Shown here: positions 51,608-52,593 of the stretch, in pieces
How positions within the stretch are numbered: position 1 is the first letter of the stretch
Layout of the letters: the number at the start of each line of letters is the position of its first letter
Source of the DNA: Bacillota bacterium
GTDB lineage: Bacteria > Bacillota_I > Bacilli_A > Izemoplasmatales > Hujiaoplasmataceae
Length of the DNA stretch: 52,593 nt
Direction: 5' to 3'
Assembly: GCA_029559915.1 (NCBI GenBank)
Contig: JAKPZU010000062.1
Span: 1-52,593, forward strand
Position numbers and translations under genes: made by a program
The notes under the pieces: generated by a model
Seen by the model: the letters and a program-made list of their open reading frames with translations, nothing else
The model's database searches: none
What the model was told of the DNA's origin: nothing

Positions 51608-51684
51608 GGCGATTGTGGCGAAGGGGTTAACGCATCGGATTGTGGCTCCGACATTCGTGGGTTCGAGTCCCATCAGTCGCCCCA
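51608..51684 (+). tRNA. tRNA-His (anticodon GUG) with encoded G-1, CCA encoded
   Basis: An extra 5' G is opposite C73. Acceptor GCGATTG/CAGTCGC, anticodon loop TTGTGGC. Confidence 0.9.
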
Positions 51685-51699
51685 ACATACTTAAAAGAA

Positions 51700-51774
51700 T
51701 GGGCTATGGCCAAGTGGTTAAGGCATCGGACTTTGACTCCGAGATCGGTAGTTCAAATCTACCTAGCCCAGCCA
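51700..51774 (+). tRNA. tRNA-Gln (anticodon UUG), CCA encoded
   Basis: Acceptor TGGGCTA/TAGCCCA, anticodon loop CTTTGAC. Confidence 0.9.
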
Positions 51775-51784
51775 TTTTTTTTAA

Positions 51785-51860
51785 GACCCGCTAGCTCAGC
51801 CGGTAGAGCATTTGACTTTTAATCAAAGGGTCAGGCGTTCGAATCGCCTGCGGGTCACCA
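51785..51860 (+). tRNA. tRNA-Lys (anticodon UUU), CCA encoded
   Basis: Acceptor GACCCGC/GCGGGTC, anticodon loop CTTTTAA. Confidence 0.9.
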
Positions 51861-51867
51861 TCTTTTT

Positions 51868-51950
51868 GCGGGCGTGGCGAAATTGGCAGACGCGCTAGAC
51901 TTAGGATCTAGTTCTTATGAGTGCAGGTTCAAGTCCTGTCGCCCGCACCA
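51868..51950 (+). tRNA. tRNA-Leu (anticodon UAG), CCA encoded
   Basis: Acceptor GCGGGCG/CGCCCGC, anticodon loop CTTAGGA, long variable arm. Confidence 0.9.
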
Positions 51951-51962
51951 TTAGAGTTAAGT

Positions 51963-51997
51963 ATAGCTGATACGTAAGTATTGGCTATTTTTCTTTT
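51963..51997 (+). terminator. probable terminator of the tRNA cluster
   Basis: ATAGC-TG-ATAC GTAA GTAT-TG-GCTAT interrupted hairpin followed by TTTTCTTTT. Confidence 0.5.
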
Positions 51998-52179
51998 ATA
52001 GGTATAAATACTGCAAATATTAATGATTTATAGGGTATTTCTGCAATAAATATAGCAGCAGAAGTATATATAGCACTTATATATATATTTAAATCGTTAA
52101 ATTATTATTAATCGTTAAACTACTACTTACTATATATAAATACATATAAGAGAAGAAATATCAATTTTTATAAATACCC

Positions 52180-52204
52180 CACGTGACACGTGACAAACGT
52201 GACA
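52180..52204. repeat. three tandem ACGTGAC(A) heptamers, two of which form CACGTG palindromes
   Basis: ACGTGAC at 52181-52187, 52188-52194 and 52197-52203. CACGTG at 52180-52185 and 52187-52192. Confidence 0.85.
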
Positions 52205-52239
52205 GATTTTTGCAAATTAAAAACTCTAGCCTTATAAAA

Positions 52240-52593
52240 CTAGAGTTCAATATTTATTACTGAGCCATCTTTGAAATTGAATTCGAGGTGGCTATCTTTA
52301 TATACTTTTATGTTGATGATTGTTAAATTGAAGAGTTTATCGTTAAATTCTAATTTTAGTGTATCGGTAGCTTTAATCTCATTGATGAATGCTTGAAGCT
52401 TAATCGATTGTCTATTCCTGTCAACCTGTTCAGCCATAAGCTTATTGTATTTATCCTGAGCTTCAGTAAATCTTTTAACCAGATCTACATATTCTTCCAT
52501 GTAAGCTTCATATTTCATTTGTTTCTTTTCTTTGTTGAAGATGTGTTGGTCACATAAACCACTAACTACTAGCATTTCATTCTTGTCTTGTTC
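52240..52593 (-). CDS. large serine recombinase, C-terminal part (5' end lies outside the window)
   Basis: The frame is open to the window end. The coiled-coil region (EYVDLVKRFTEAQDKYNKLMAEQ), then FNDKLFNLTIINIKVYKDSHLEFNFKDGSVINIEL, resembles the typical C-terminal tail of phage/ICE large serine recombinases (recalled). A terminator hairpin at 52222-52247 overlaps the stop. Confidence 0.65.
   Translation of the reverse strand, partial: EQDKNEMLVVSGLCDQHIFNKEKKQMKYEAYMEEYVDLVKRFTEAQDKYNKLMAEQVDRNRQSIKLQAFINEIKATDTLKLEFNDKLFNLTIINIKVYKDSHLEFNFKDGSVINIEL

Larger units (their letters stand above)
51998..52593. mobile_element. probable edge of an integrated element (prophage, ICE or genomic island) next to the tRNA cluster
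   Basis: Very AT-rich, repeat-laden non-coding stretch plus an inward-pointing recombinase gene right after tRNA-Leu. Only one end is visible. Confidence 0.45.

Noticed and set aside
51606-51822. Small ORFs overlapping tRNA genes: 51606-51794 and 51640-51822, plus 5463-5660 and 38915-39142 on the minus strand
   Set aside because: Their open frames come from the GC-rich tRNA sequences (His/Gln/Lys, Ser, Tyr). They have no translation signals.
52000-52180. AT-rich repeat-containing stretch, considered as a CRISPR array or leader
   Set aside because: The repeats are short (9-10 nt), irregularly spaced and few. There is no repeat-spacer periodicity and there are no cas genes.

Overview
AT-rich chromosomal window that looks like a low-GC Bacillota genome. 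It uses the standard genetic code: TGA acts as a real stop (whiA, glmE), and the tRNA-Trp has a CCA anticodon.

Left third (housekeeping): the 3' part of lgt, whiA, acpS, tex, tRNA-Ser, a decayed gene and a ZIP zinc transporter. A minus-strand block follows: SDR, mfd, yaaA, recF, gyrB, gyrA.

Centre (about 17.9-35.7 kb): a dense amino-acid fermentation island on the plus strand, made of two tightly coupled operons.
1. A lysine fermentation operon led by a lysine riboswitch: PhaJ/MaoC-like hydratase, atoDA, kal, kce, kdd, kamA, a P-loop accessory gene, kamDE and a PduO-type adenosyltransferase.
2. A glutamate operon: glutamate mutase glmS-glmL-glmE, methylaspartate ammonia-lyase, and a citrate/citramalate-lyase set citD-citE-citF-citXG.

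Right third: tRNA-Val/Thr, a MATE exporter with an AlkP-family protein, mgsA, tRNA-Tyr, an orphan HMA metallochaperone-like gene and a nine-gene V-type ATPase operon. Then come tRNA-Trp, an EF-G paralogue with a degenerate GTPase motif, degV and tRNA-His/Gln/Lys/Leu. The window ends with an AT-rich junction and the 3' end of a large serine recombinase, which probably marks the edge of an integrated element.

I saw no rRNA, CRISPR array, IS element or recognisable defence system.

The most interesting signals:
- The lysine riboswitch appears wired as an ON switch for a catabolic operon.
- The gene content of the two B12-mutase operons is unusual.
- The EF-G paralogue lacks the catalytic His.
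- The tRNA-proximal recombinase junction carries tandem ACGTGAC repeats.

All functional calls come from reading the translated ORFs and motifs by eye. No database search was run.
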